Below, in pieces: positions 1 to 8,938 of a stretch of DNA of 64,000 nt. The notes under the pieces were generated by a model, which did not search any database, was not told the DNA's origin, and saw nothing but the letters and a program-made list of their open reading frames with translations. The DNA is from Clostridiales bacterium Firm_18 (GTDB lineage: Bacteria > Bacillota > Clostridia > Monoglobales > Firm-18): contig LVAX01000092.1 of NCBI GenBank assembly GCA_001604215.1, forward strand, positions 72,985 to 136,984, written 5' to 3'. A program made the translations under genes and the position numbers. How positions within the stretch are numbered: position 1 is the first letter of the stretch; every line of letters starts with the position of its first letter.

Positions 1-1133
1 CAATAACAATGGTTTACGATGATGAAGGTTTTTTAGTGCCGGGAATTAATACTTCGAAATGTGTAAAATGTAATCAGTGTGTAAATGTTTGTCCTGCAAA
101 CAGTTTTACATCAAAAAATGACAATATTATAAGCAGTTATGCTTGTTGGAGCAACGATACTGAAAGCCGCATATCAAGTTCATCTGGGGGAATTTTTTCT
201 GTTTTGGCATCGTGGATATTTCAAAACAATGGTGTTGTTTATGGTGCTGCTTTTGATGAAAGCTTTCATGTTAAGCATGGTCGCGCAGAAAACATGAATG
301 AGCTTGAATTATTAAAGAAATCAAAATATATTCAAAGTGAAATGATATCGGTATATCCGATGATTAAAAAAGATTGTGAACAAGGGAAATTAGTGCTATT
401 TGTAGGCACTCCATGTCAGGTTTCTGCTCTTTATAATTATTTAGGATACGATTACGAAAAGCTATATACATGCGACTTAATATGTCACGGAGTCGGTTCG
501 ACCGGTTATTTTGTTGATTGTCTTGGTTATTTGCAGAAAAATTTTAAGTCCAAAGTAACCGAAGTGGTTTTTAGAGAAAAATCAAAAGGCTATAACAAGC
601 CACATTTAATAATCAGGTTTGAGAATGGTAGAATGTATAAACAATTCTTGTATTACAGCATATTTGGCCATTCCTTTACCAAATCTTTTTCTGTTCGCAA
701 ATCATGCATAGAATGCAAGTATGCTACTGTTCCCCGATTTGGAAACTTTACTTTAGGGGATTATAGTGGCAAGGTTTATGTAAATTTTAATTTCAATGAA
801 ATAAAACGAGGAATATCTACTTTATTGATAAATAATATGAAAGCACAATTAGTTTTTGAAGAAATTAGTGATAAAATATTCGCAAAAAAGGTTGATGTTG
901 ATTACATAATTACCACTTCAAATAGATTAAAAGGCATATCCCTTAAAACACTGGAAGAAAGAGATGAGTTTTTTGCTGAATATAAATCATTAGATGTAAA
1001 AGAAATAATCCAAAAATATGATATGCCAAGCAGAGAAGAAATAAGAAATTTCAAATATAGCGGTAAATGGAATGGTAGTGTCCTTCAGCTTATACATAAA
1101 ATCGTTTACAGAGTAAAAAGACATATTAGTTGA
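1..1133 (+). CDS. Coenzyme F420 hydrogenase/dehydrogenase beta-subunit-like Fe-S protein (5' partial)
   Basis: The frame is open to the window edge. A ferredoxin motif CVKCNQCVNVCP is followed by an FrhB-like C-terminal region. The gene sits at the end of a polysaccharide locus. Confidence 0.6.
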   Translation, partial: ITMVYDDEGFLVPGINTSKCVKCNQCVNVCPANSFTSKNDNIISSYACWSNDTESRISSSSGGIFSVLASWIFQNNGVVYGAAFDESFHVKHGRAENMNELELLKKSKYIQSEMISVYPMIKKDCEQGKLVLFVGTPCQVSALYNYLGYDYEKLYTCDLICHGVGSTGYFVDCLGYLQKNFKSKVTEVVFREKSKGYNKPHLIIRFENGRMYKQFLYYSIFGHSFTKSFSVRKSCIECKYATVPRFGNFTLGDYSGKVYVNFNFNEIKRGISTLLINNMKAQLVFEEISDKIFAKKVDVDYIITTSNRLKGISLKTLEERDEFFAEYKSLDVKEIIQKYDMPSREEIRNFKYSGKWNGSVLQLIHKIVYRVKRHIS

Positions 1134-1167
1134 TTGAAAATATGAAAAAGATACGGGGGGAATAATA

Positions 1168-2193
1168 TTGTTTAATAACAAGGTTTTATTAATAACAGGA
1201 GGAACAGGCTCTTTCGGAAATATTGTATTGGAGCGATTTGCCAACACCGATATAAAAGAAATACGCATTTTTTCAAGAGATGAGAAAAAGCAGGACGATA
1301 TGAGAAGGCATTATCAAAATGATAAAATCAAATATTATATTGGCGATGTGCGTGACCTGTCCAGCTTGAGAAATGCAATGCATAATGTTGATTATGTGTT
1401 TCATGCAGCAGCTTTAAAACAAGTACCATCCTGTGAATTTTTCCCTATTGAAGCGGTTAAAACAAATGTACTCGGTACAGACAACTTACTTAATGCCGCA
1501 ATTGAAGCCAATGTTAAAAAAGTGGTTTGCTTGTCAACAGATAAAGCGGCTTATCCCGTAAACGCAATGGGCATGTCAAAAGCGTTAATGGAAAAAACAT
1601 TTATTGCCAAATCCAGAACTGTTTCACCGGAAAAAACGCTTATTTGCGGAACAAGATACGGAAATGTCATGTGCTCACGCGGCTCCGTAATACCGCTTTT
1701 TATCGAACAGATTAAATCTGGAAAACCTCTTACCGTTACAGACCCTAAAATGACAAGGTTTATTATGAGCCTTGACGAAGCGGTTGAGCTTGTCGTTTAT
1801 GCATTTGAAAATGCCGAAAGCGGCGACATAATGGTTCAAAAAGCCCCATCATCCTATATCGGTGATTTGGCTTTGGCACTTAAAGAATTATTCCATGCCG
1901 ATAATAAAATCGAAGTTATCGGAACGCGGCACGGAGAAAAAATGTATGAAGTTCTTCTTACAAAGGAGGAGGCAGCAAAGGCCGTGGACTTAGGGAACTT
2001 TTTCAGAATACCTGCAGATAATCGGGATTTGAGCTATGAAAAATATCTTGAAAAAGGTTCGTATAAGATTACTTCTACCGAGGAATACAATTCCAACAAT
2101 ACTAAAATACTAAGTGTTGATGAGATTAAACATAAGTTATTACAGCTTGACGAAATAAAGAAGGAACTATCAAATTGGAGGAAAAGGAATTGA
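1168..2193 (+). CDS. capE: UDP-N-acetylglucosamine 4,6-dehydratase/5-epimerase, CapE/FnlA/WbjB type
   Basis: The N-terminus MFNNKVLLITGGTGSFGN and the 341-aa length are typical of CapE/FnlA. TTG start with a GGGGGGA SD upstream. Confidence 0.8.
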   Translation: MFNNKVLLITGGTGSFGNIVLERFANTDIKEIRIFSRDEKKQDDMRRHYQNDKIKYYIGDVRDLSSLRNAMHNVDYVFHAAALKQVPSCEFFPIEAVKTNVLGTDNLLNAAIEANVKKVVCLSTDKAAYPVNAMGMSKALMEKTFIAKSRTVSPEKTLICGTRYGNVMCSRGSVIPLFIEQIKSGKPLTVTDPKMTRFIMSLDEAVELVVYAFENAESGDIMVQKAPSSYIGDLALALKELFHADNKIEVIGTRHGEKMYEVLLTKEEAAKAVDLGNFFRIPADNRDLSYEKYLEKGSYKITSTEEYNSNNTKILSVDEIKHKLLQLDEIKKELSNWRKRN

Positions 2194-3302
2194 AAGTTTT
2201 AATAACAGGTGCCAACGGATTTATTGGCAAGCATTTGGTTTTGGGATTAAAAAACCTCAATTCGATAGAAATACTATCGTTTGATATTAATACACAGAAA
2301 AGCCTTTTAGATACCTATGCTTCAAAATGTGATTTTGTTTTTCATCTTGCAGGTGCAAACCGTCCCAAAGAGGAAGCGGAATTTATGAAAGTAAACTATG
2401 GCCTCACAGCAACTCTTTTGGGGCTGCTGAAAAAGCATAGAAATACCTGCCCTGTGATGGTTTCATCCTCAATTCAGGCAAGGCTTGACAACTCGTACGG
2501 AAAAAGCAAAAAGGCGGGGGAAGACTTAATGCTTGAATATGCGAAGGAAACGGGAGCAAAGGTTTTAATATACCAGTTCCCCAACGTTTTCGGGAAATGG
2601 TGCAAGCCAAATTACAACAGCGTTGTGGCAACATTTTGCCATAATATCGCAAATGATTTGCCTATAACAGTGAACGATTCGAATGCAATGCTAAGCCTTG
2701 TTTATATAGATGATGTGATTAGCGAGTTATTAAATGCGCTTAAAGGCAATCCAACTCAGGAGAACAGTTTTTTCTGCGGTATTAAACCGGTATATGAAAT
2801 TAAGCTCGGGGAAATAGTCGATTTACTGTATTCCTTCAAAGAAAGCAGAAACGACCTCACTGTTCCGAACATGGAGGATGCATTTACTAAAAAACTGTAT
2901 GCGACTTACCTAAGCTACTTGCCTGTGAATGGTTTTTCGTATCCTTTGAAAATGAATGTCGACAGCAGAGGCTCTTTTACGGAATTTATAAAAACGCCGG
3001 AGCGAGGGCAATTTTCTATAAACATATCAAAGCCGGGAATCGTCAAAGGCAATCATTGGCATCATACAAAGAACGAAAAATTTCTTGTGGTTAGCGGCAG
3101 GGGAGTTATTCGTTTCAGGAGGATTGACAGCAATGAGGTTTTAGAGTATTATGTAAGTGGGGATAGGCTTGAAGTTGTTGATATTCCTCCGGGTTATACC
3201 CACAATATAGAAAACCTTGGGGATTCCGATATGGTAACGGTTATGTGGGCTAATGAGCCGTTTAATCCGGAAAATACAGATACGTATGGGGAACCTGTGT
3301 GA
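2190..3302 (+). CDS. capF: CapF/FnlB-type bifunctional reductase/epimerase (SDR N-domain plus C-terminal cupin)
   Basis: KVLITGANGFIGKHL Rossmann motif and a C-terminal cupin-like region (GNHWHHTK...GYTHNIEN). The TTG at 2190 is preferred because a GGAGG lies 8 nt upstream; the ORF track starts at 2175. Overlaps the capE stop. Confidence 0.75.
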   Translation: MKVLITGANGFIGKHLVLGLKNLNSIEILSFDINTQKSLLDTYASKCDFVFHLAGANRPKEEAEFMKVNYGLTATLLGLLKKHRNTCPVMVSSSIQARLDNSYGKSKKAGEDLMLEYAKETGAKVLIYQFPNVFGKWCKPNYNSVVATFCHNIANDLPITVNDSNAMLSLVYIDDVISELLNALKGNPTQENSFFCGIKPVYEIKLGEIVDLLYSFKESRNDLTVPNMEDAFTKKLYATYLSYLPVNGFSYPLKMNVDSRGSFTEFIKTPERGQFSINISKPGIVKGNHWHHTKNEKFLVVSGRGVIRFRRIDSNEVLEYYVSGDRLEVVDIPPGYTHNIENLGDSDMVTVMWANEPFNPENTDTYGEPV

Positions 3303-3352
3303 GGGTTTATGCACAATAGCTCTAAAATTTTTTTTGGGGGGGTGATATGTGA

Positions 3353-4618
3353 ATGACGCAGGATTTTACCGATATGATATACTTGTTATCCTGTGGCGCT
3401 TTAGGTATTTGTCCTCAATTAGATCATGATATTAATTTTGATAAGATATACAGATTGGCTTGCGAACAGAACGTATGGGATATTGTTTTTTTAGCTGTCA
3501 AAAAAATGTATGAAAGCGGAAAGTTGAGCATTACTCCGGAATTATTCTCTAATTTGAAAGGACAGACAATTGCTGCGGTTCTAGCAAATACAAATCGGCT
3601 ATATTTAATTCATCAGCTGACAGATTCTTTTTTGCAAAAAGGAATAAGGTATTGCATATTAAAAGGCGAGACATTGTCTTACCTATACAATGATCATAAT
3701 TGCAGAATATCTAGCGATACGGATATTTTTATAAATAAAACTGATAAAGAGACCGCTATTGATGTATTGGAGCAACATGGCTATGTTGTAAAGCCGTTAA
3801 ACACAATATCAAACCAAATACATGCAATTCACCCGATAGCCGGTTTTATTGAGGTGCACCTTGCTTTATACAATGAAATTTCTGCTGATGTATGGTTTGA
3901 TAATAAAATATTAATTACGGAAGATTATAGATTAATTAAATGCGATGATGGAAAAGAAATCTTTGCTCTCGGAATAAATGACGGGTTAGTATTCTTAGCT
4001 TTGCATTATATTAAGCATTTTCTTTCACGCGGTGTTGGCATCAGACAGCTTATGGATTTGCTCCTGTATGTCAGAAAATACAAAAAAGATATCGATTGGG
4101 AAAGGTTTAACCAATTATTAGAACACTTAAACTATAAAAAGTTTTTTGATAATTCCATCGGTATCGGTGTTAAATATTTAAATATCAAAGAAGAAGATAT
4201 GCCTGAATATAGGAGAGATGACAGTATTATTGGAAGACTGCTCAGCGATATTGAAAGCGGTGGTGTTTTCGGGGGGAATGAGGATTCACGAATCGGATTT
4301 TCCTATAATTATACAAAAGAAAGATTCCACAGGTTTAAAAATGAAGATTACGATGTATATGTAAAAAAATGGTGGCGACCGAATGTTATTAAAGCAATAT
4401 TCCCAAGCGTGCGCAGCATTGCGGTTAAATTTCCGTATGTTAAAAAGACACCCCTTTTATACCCCGTCGCATGGATTCACAGGGCGATAAAACTGTTGAC
4501 GGGAATTATAAAAAAAGAAAAGTCCGTATACAAATATATAAATCCCCAAAAAGCTGTTGAAAACAACGAAACAATAAAAAAACGCATGGAGTTAATCCGT
4601 GAGCTTGATATGATATAA
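3353..4618 (+). CDS. Uncharacterised nucleotidyltransferase family protein (NTP_transf_5-like)
   Basis: 421 aa with overall resemblance to the uncharacterised nucleotidyltransferase family often found at the ends of EPS loci. G-rich SD upstream of the ATG. Confidence 0.45.
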   Translation: MTQDFTDMIYLLSCGALGICPQLDHDINFDKIYRLACEQNVWDIVFLAVKKMYESGKLSITPELFSNLKGQTIAAVLANTNRLYLIHQLTDSFLQKGIRYCILKGETLSYLYNDHNCRISSDTDIFINKTDKETAIDVLEQHGYVVKPLNTISNQIHAIHPIAGFIEVHLALYNEISADVWFDNKILITEDYRLIKCDDGKEIFALGINDGLVFLALHYIKHFLSRGVGIRQLMDLLLYVRKYKKDIDWERFNQLLEHLNYKKFFDNSIGIGVKYLNIKEEDMPEYRRDDSIIGRLLSDIESGGVFGGNEDSRIGFSYNYTKERFHRFKNEDYDVYVKKWWRPNVIKAIFPSVRSIAVKFPYVKKTPLLYPVAWIHRAIKLLTGIIKKEKSVYKYINPQKAVENNETIKKRMELIRELDMI

Positions 4619-4735
4619 TAAATACAACTAATGTTGAAAAGCCTACCGGCTTTATCTTCCGATGTATTTATTGAATCGGTGTGAAGCAAGCCGATTGGCG
4701 GCTTGCACTTATGATATAATAGCATAATAAAAAAT

Positions 4736-4764
4736 TTGACAAAAACCATAAAGGTGGATATAAT
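4736..4764 (+). promoter_or_regulatory. Consensus sigma-A promoter for the GGDEF gene
   Basis: TTGACA (4736-4741), a 17-nt spacer, then TATAAT (4759-4764). About 30 nt upstream of the GTG start. Confidence 0.7.
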
Positions 4765-4796
4765 TAAATCAGAGAAATAAAAAGAAGGTTTACGCT

Positions 4797-5861
4797 GTGA
4801 ATTTTCTGTTGAGGGTCCTTACGAATAACCAAAGATTTTCGGCAGGTCATCCTGAATATAGGCGTGCCTATTTGCTGAATGTTGTGCTTGTCGGCATGTT
4901 CTGCACTTGTTTGATTTTTTCGGTGCTAAACTTATTTTTCACGGGGCAGACCGGGATTGTTATTCTGGAGCTTGGCGGGGCGGTATTTTCCCTTGTTATT
5001 TTTTTGTATTTCCATAAGACCGATAAAGTTAAATCCGCCACGTTATTTACGGTATTGCTGTTTACGGCGGTGCTGCTTGGGTTTATTACCCTTTCGCAAA
5101 ACTGCCATAATTCTCTTTTTTGGGTTAGCATATACCCGCCCATTGTGTATTTTATGCTTGGGAAAAAGAAAGGGCCTATACTAATGGGCTTGTTCTTGGC
5201 GTATCTTGTTTTGTTTTTCCTGCTGAACCGGATGCGCTGGGAGCCGGCGGGGTTTGATGTCGGCTATGTTATAAACGTATTAAGCTCTACGCTGGCGCTG
5301 ATGTGTGCAATTGCATATTTCGAACACAGCAGGGCGGAGTCGGCCAGGGTGCTTGAGAAAAAGAACGAAGAGCTTGAGCGGCTTACCGTAACCGATTATT
5401 TAACTGGCCTGTATAACAGGATTAAGTTGGATTCGGTGCTCAGCAAAGAGATTAATAAATCTATGTTCACTACATATACGTTTTCGCTCATTATGGCGGA
5501 TTTGGACTATTTTAAGCAAATCAACGACGAATACGGCCACGTTGTTGGCGACCGGGTTTTGTCCGATGTTGCCAATATTTTAAAAAACAACTGCAGGGAA
5601 AAGGATATTATCGGAAGATGGGGCGGGGAGGAATTTTTGATAATCTGCCCGGACACCGATATACAAGAGGCGCAAAGCCTGTCCGAAAGGCTGCTGGAAG
5701 AAGTAGCAAAATATGAATACAAGAACGGCAAGCATATGACGATAAGCTTCGGCGTTACCCAGTGCAGGAAGGGCGATACCTTTGATTCGGTTATAAAACG
5801 TGCTGATATTGCTATGTACAATGCAAAAGCCGGGGGACGGTGCCGGGTGGAAACTATATAA
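4797..5861 (+). CDS. Membrane-anchored diguanylate cyclase (GGDEF domain)
   Basis: Hydrophobic multi-TM N-terminal half. The C-terminal half has LTGLYNR, DLDYFKQINDEYGH and an RWGGEEF active-site motif. Confidence 0.85.
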   Translation: MNFLLRVLTNNQRFSAGHPEYRRAYLLNVVLVGMFCTCLIFSVLNLFFTGQTGIVILELGGAVFSLVIFLYFHKTDKVKSATLFTVLLFTAVLLGFITLSQNCHNSLFWVSIYPPIVYFMLGKKKGPILMGLFLAYLVLFFLLNRMRWEPAGFDVGYVINVLSSTLALMCAIAYFEHSRAESARVLEKKNEELERLTVTDYLTGLYNRIKLDSVLSKEINKSMFTTYTFSLIMADLDYFKQINDEYGHVVGDRVLSDVANILKNNCREKDIIGRWGGEEFLIICPDTDIQEAQSLSERLLEEVAKYEYKNGKHMTISFGVTQCRKGDTFDSVIKRADIAMYNAKAGGRCRVETI

Positions 5862-5864
5862 AAA

Positions 5865-5898
5865 AGGACGTATCCGATTTGGTGATGCGTCCTTTTTT
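5865..5898 (+). terminator. Rho-independent terminator of the GGDEF gene
   Basis: AGGACG...CGTCCT stem flanked by an A-run and followed by TTTTTT. Confidence 0.6.
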
Positions 5899-5902
5899 AA
5901 CA

Positions 5903-6023
5903 TATAGGAAATTGCGCAAAATCGCGCAATTTCACGCTCCGGCGGAATAAATCCGCCTACGCTTACGCTCACGCGGCGAGATGATGCGTTCCGGAAAGCG
6001 CTACGCGCCGGAACGCTTTATTT
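5903..6023 (+). repeat. Structured intergenic repeat, copy 1 of 4
   Basis: TATAGGAAATTGCGCAAAATCGCGCAATTTC...GGCGGAATAAATCCGCC...GCGTTCCGGAAAGCGCTACGCGCCGGAACGCTTTATTT. Three hairpins: 5910-5931, 5941-5957 and 5986-6016. Confidence 0.9.
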
Positions 6024-6036
6024 AGGTGTGCAGCTA

Positions 6037-6870
6037 TTAAAGATAAAAATGATGGTTCCCGACTGTTGTGTAATGCTGCCTGTCGGTTGTTATCCATGAG
6101 CTTGCCGCGGTTACGGGGTTTAAAAAGAACAGGCTTTCGCCAACGATATTTTCCCCCTGCAGGCAGTATTTTGCCGCGACAAGGCTGTCAAAGGACGGAG
6201 TTTGGTATATTCGTCCGTTTATTACCGGTTCAAACTGCACTCCGAACTTTGTATCAAAAATTACTTCATACACGGTGTCGGGGTAAAGGTCGCTTTTTAC
6301 CCTGTTGAGCACCACGTCGCCTACTCCGATTTTTCCGTTCATCGGCTCGCCTTCGGCTTCGGCGTCTATAATCCTGCCGAGCCAGTAAATGTTCTCGTTA
6401 CTATAGCCTCTGTCATATACCGAGCCCGGATTTACGCTTATGTCCGGTTTTTCAATCAATACGTTAAGATGCTCCCCGTCCCAGCTTACGCCGGCGCCGA
6501 AGCATTCCGAAACAAAACGCACCGGCACAAAGGTTCTGTCGCCTACAAGCCGCACACCGTTTGGTATTTGGATGCTTTGCCCGTTGATGAGGGCATAGTT
6601 TTTACCGACCGGCATAATTATTTCGGTATCCCCCTTGCGGACAACGGCGGTGTCGTTTTGCCCGTCCCATACAACCTCGTCCGCCCTAAGCGCTTCGCTT
6701 ACGAACCGGATGGGGACATAAGTTGTTCCCGATATTAAAAACGGCCTTACGTCGCTTTTGATATATCTGCCGTTCACCGCAATATCTATCGGCACGTTCA
6801 TGTATACTCCGGCGTATGAGGTTGTGGCCATGCCGAGCATGAACAATACAATGCATATAACCTTTTTCAT
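6037..6870 (-). CDS. SleB-family cell wall hydrolase with N-terminal copper-amine-oxidase-like stalk domain
   Basis: Signal peptide MKKVICIVLFMLGMATTSYA. Stalk-like repeats (TYVPIRFVSEAL...VVWDG) and a C-terminal hydrolase region (VGDVVLNRV...FFLNP). The start at M20 has a GGAAGGAGG SD. Confidence 0.7.
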   Translation of the reverse strand: MKKVICIVLFMLGMATTSYAGVYMNVPIDIAVNGRYIKSDVRPFLISGTTYVPIRFVSEALRADEVVWDGQNDTAVVRKGDTEIIMPVGKNYALINGQSIQIPNGVRLVGDRTFVPVRFVSECFGAGVSWDGEHLNVLIEKPDISVNPGSVYDRGYSNENIYWLGRIIDAEAEGEPMNGKIGVGDVVLNRVKSDLYPDTVYEVIFDTKFGVQFEPVINGRIYQTPSFDSLVAAKYCLQGENIVGESLFFLNPVTAASSWITTDRQHYTTVGNHHFYL

Positions 6871-6991
6871 TTCGCATTCCTCCTTCCACCGCCCTATTAT
6901 ACATACCGTGGAAGGGAAAAGCAACACTGAATATATAGCAAGCCCGGCAAAAACCGGAAGCGGCGGAAAAAGTACCGCTGCGAAACTTGTT

Positions 6992-7720
6992 TTACCAGGC
7001 GTTTTTGGTTGCTGCTTTAAAGGCGCGGGTTATAAATTCAACCGTTTGTTCCACTTCGTACAATAACAGCTTTTCGCCCTTATCCTTGCCAGCCAGTGAC
7101 GGTTTGCCCCAAACGCCCGTATTGCTCAGCTTTAAGATAGAGGAATAGTTTAAAAAGCTGCGCGGGACGTCCGGTAAAAAGTCATTTTTCAGCATATCGT
7201 CCTTTTTGACGTACTGCTCTTTTAAGTAAAGCATGACAGAGGTTTCGATTTCTCCGGCGTGTACGTCGTCGGCGCACTCCGTCAGGCCGCTTTTGCCTGC
7301 GTCGGAAAAAAGCTCGCGGTGCACGACCGTCAGGTTATCGTTGTTGGCGTTCAGCTCACGCACAACGGGGCCGACAACAAAAAGCCCGCCGTGGCCGAGC
7401 AGCAGGGCTATTTGCTCAAAGCCCTGGTTTTTCAGGCTTAGCACAATATCCTCTATTATGTGGTAAAGGGTGACGGGGCGCAGCCATACCGCCGTGAATT
7501 TTCCGGCGCATTTGTGCTCGTAGCATGTCCCTATCGGTATTACGGGCAAAACAAAAGCATTCATTCTTTCGCCCACGCTGCGCGCCACCGCCTCTGCAAT
7601 TATACAGTCGGTGCCTATGGGCAGGTGGGAGGAGTGCTGTTCCACGCTCCCCAAAGGGATAATGGCTGTTTTAATGCCGCTTTTGTTTATCTCTTCAACG
7701 GTAGATGTGTAGTCAAACAT
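6992..7720 (-). CDS. Creatininase-family amidohydrolase
   Basis: IIPLGSVEQHSSHLPIGTD and GHGG motifs typical of the creatinine amidohydrolase family. The internal start MFDYT has a GGAGG SD. Confidence 0.7.
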   Translation of the reverse strand: MFDYTSTVEEINKSGIKTAIIPLGSVEQHSSHLPIGTDCIIAEAVARSVGERMNAFVLPVIPIGTCYEHKCAGKFTAVWLRPVTLYHIIEDIVLSLKNQGFEQIALLLGHGGLFVVGPVVRELNANNDNLTVVHRELFSDAGKSGLTECADDVHAGEIETSVMLYLKEQYVKKDDMLKNDFLPDVPRSFLNYSSILKLSNTGVWGKPSLAGKDKGEKLLLYEVEQTVEFITRAFKAATKNAW

Positions 7721-7816
7721 ATATTTCGCCTCCAATTGTGCCGCAAGGGACGCACGGGGCAAAAACCTGCCCCCCTTGTCCCTTGCGGAAGAATCCGGTG
7801 CATTAATAATATTTTA

Positions 7817-8902
7817 TCATAAATTAATGTAATCTTCAAACGGAACCCCTAATTTTTCGCCTATCATTTTAAGCTCGGATATTGTCTTTTCGTTTGCGGG
7901 GATTCCGGTTTTCTGCTTTTGCATGGCGGATTCCAATTCTTTTTCGCCGTGCGTGTATATGCGGTCACAGCCGTCCGCCTTCGGGCTTTCGCGCAGCTCT
8001 TTTAAAAGGGTGGACATCCGGTTCTTTATTTCTTTTTTGTCACCGAATATGCCGTAGTCGATAGCCCACATGCAAAAAGAGGTATCCGCGTTCCCGCTGT
8101 TTTTCACATGGGGGGAGGTGGTGCCGCCGGAGAATACGGAGGTAAACAGCTCGACAATAATGCCCAGGCCGTATCCCTTGTGTGAGCCGGTTTCTTCGCT
8201 GCAGCCGCCCAGAGGGAAAATCCCGCCCCCTAATTTGCCGATTATGTTTTTCAATACCCTGTCGGCGTCGGAGCAGTCCTGCCCGTTTTCGTCCGCAGCC
8301 CAGCCGGATGGAAGAGGAGCCTCTTTTTTTCTGTAAACCTCAAGCTTGCCCCTTGTAACAACGGTGGTTGCGGCATCGTACCAAAAGTCCACGGGGTCGG
8401 CGGGCATGCAAACGGCAATCGGGCTTGTGCCGAGCATTGCTTTTTTGCCGTAGGTGGGTATGGCGATTGCTTCGGTATTGGTCATGCTTATGCCTATCAT
8501 ATCGGCGTTTGCCGCCATTTTTGTGTAGTACCCCGCAATGCCGTAATGGTTAGAGCCTCTTACGCATACCATGCCCACACCGTGGTTTTTTGCCATTTCT
8601 ATTGCCATGTTCATGCCCTTTTTCGCCACAACCTGGCCCATTGATTTCGGCGCGTCAATCACTGCCGAAATAGGTGTCCGGAAGATAATATCAGACTTTG
8701 CGTCCGGTATTATGGAGCCTTCCTCAATAGCAAGGTGGTAGCGTATCAGGCGCTGGATGCCGTGGGATTCTATGCCGTACAAATCCGCGGTAAGCAGAAC
8801 GTCGGTGATGTCCGCGCTTTCCTCTTTGGTGTATCCTCTTTTTATAAATATATTTTCGCAGAAATTTCTTACACTTTCTACATCTAAGTTTGTATAAGCC
8901 AT
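7817..8902 (-). CDS. Ldh family 2 oxidoreductase (malate/L-lactate/ureidoglycolate dehydrogenase type)
   Basis: DLYGIESHGIQRL and SNHYGIAGYY signatures of the Ldh_2 family. 361 aa. Confidence 0.8.
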   Translation of the reverse strand: MAYTNLDVESVRNFCENIFIKRGYTKEESADITDVLLTADLYGIESHGIQRLIRYHLAIEEGSIIPDAKSDIIFRTPISAVIDAPKSMGQVVAKKGMNMAIEMAKNHGVGMVCVRGSNHYGIAGYYTKMAANADMIGISMTNTEAIAIPTYGKKAMLGTSPIAVCMPADPVDFWYDAATTVVTRGKLEVYRKKEAPLPSGWAADENGQDCSDADRVLKNIIGKLGGGIFPLGGCSEETGSHKGYGLGIIVELFTSVFSGGTTSPHVKNSGNADTSFCMWAIDYGIFGDKKEIKNRMSTLLKELRESPKADGCDRIYTHGEKELESAMQKQKTGIPANEKTISELKMIGEKLGVPFEDYINL

Positions 8903-8938
8903 TTATAAAGCCCCCTTTTCATTATACTGGGTATAATT

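Noticed and set aside
5580-5972. The 130-aa minus-strand ORF and the N-terminus of ORF 16262-16849 share a peptide-like FCAISY...KK stretch, suggesting a protein family.
   Set aside because: The similarity is simply the same DNA repeat translated in one frame. At copy 1 the ORF is antisense to the GGDEF gene and has no SD. Copies 3 and 4 are not in ORFs.
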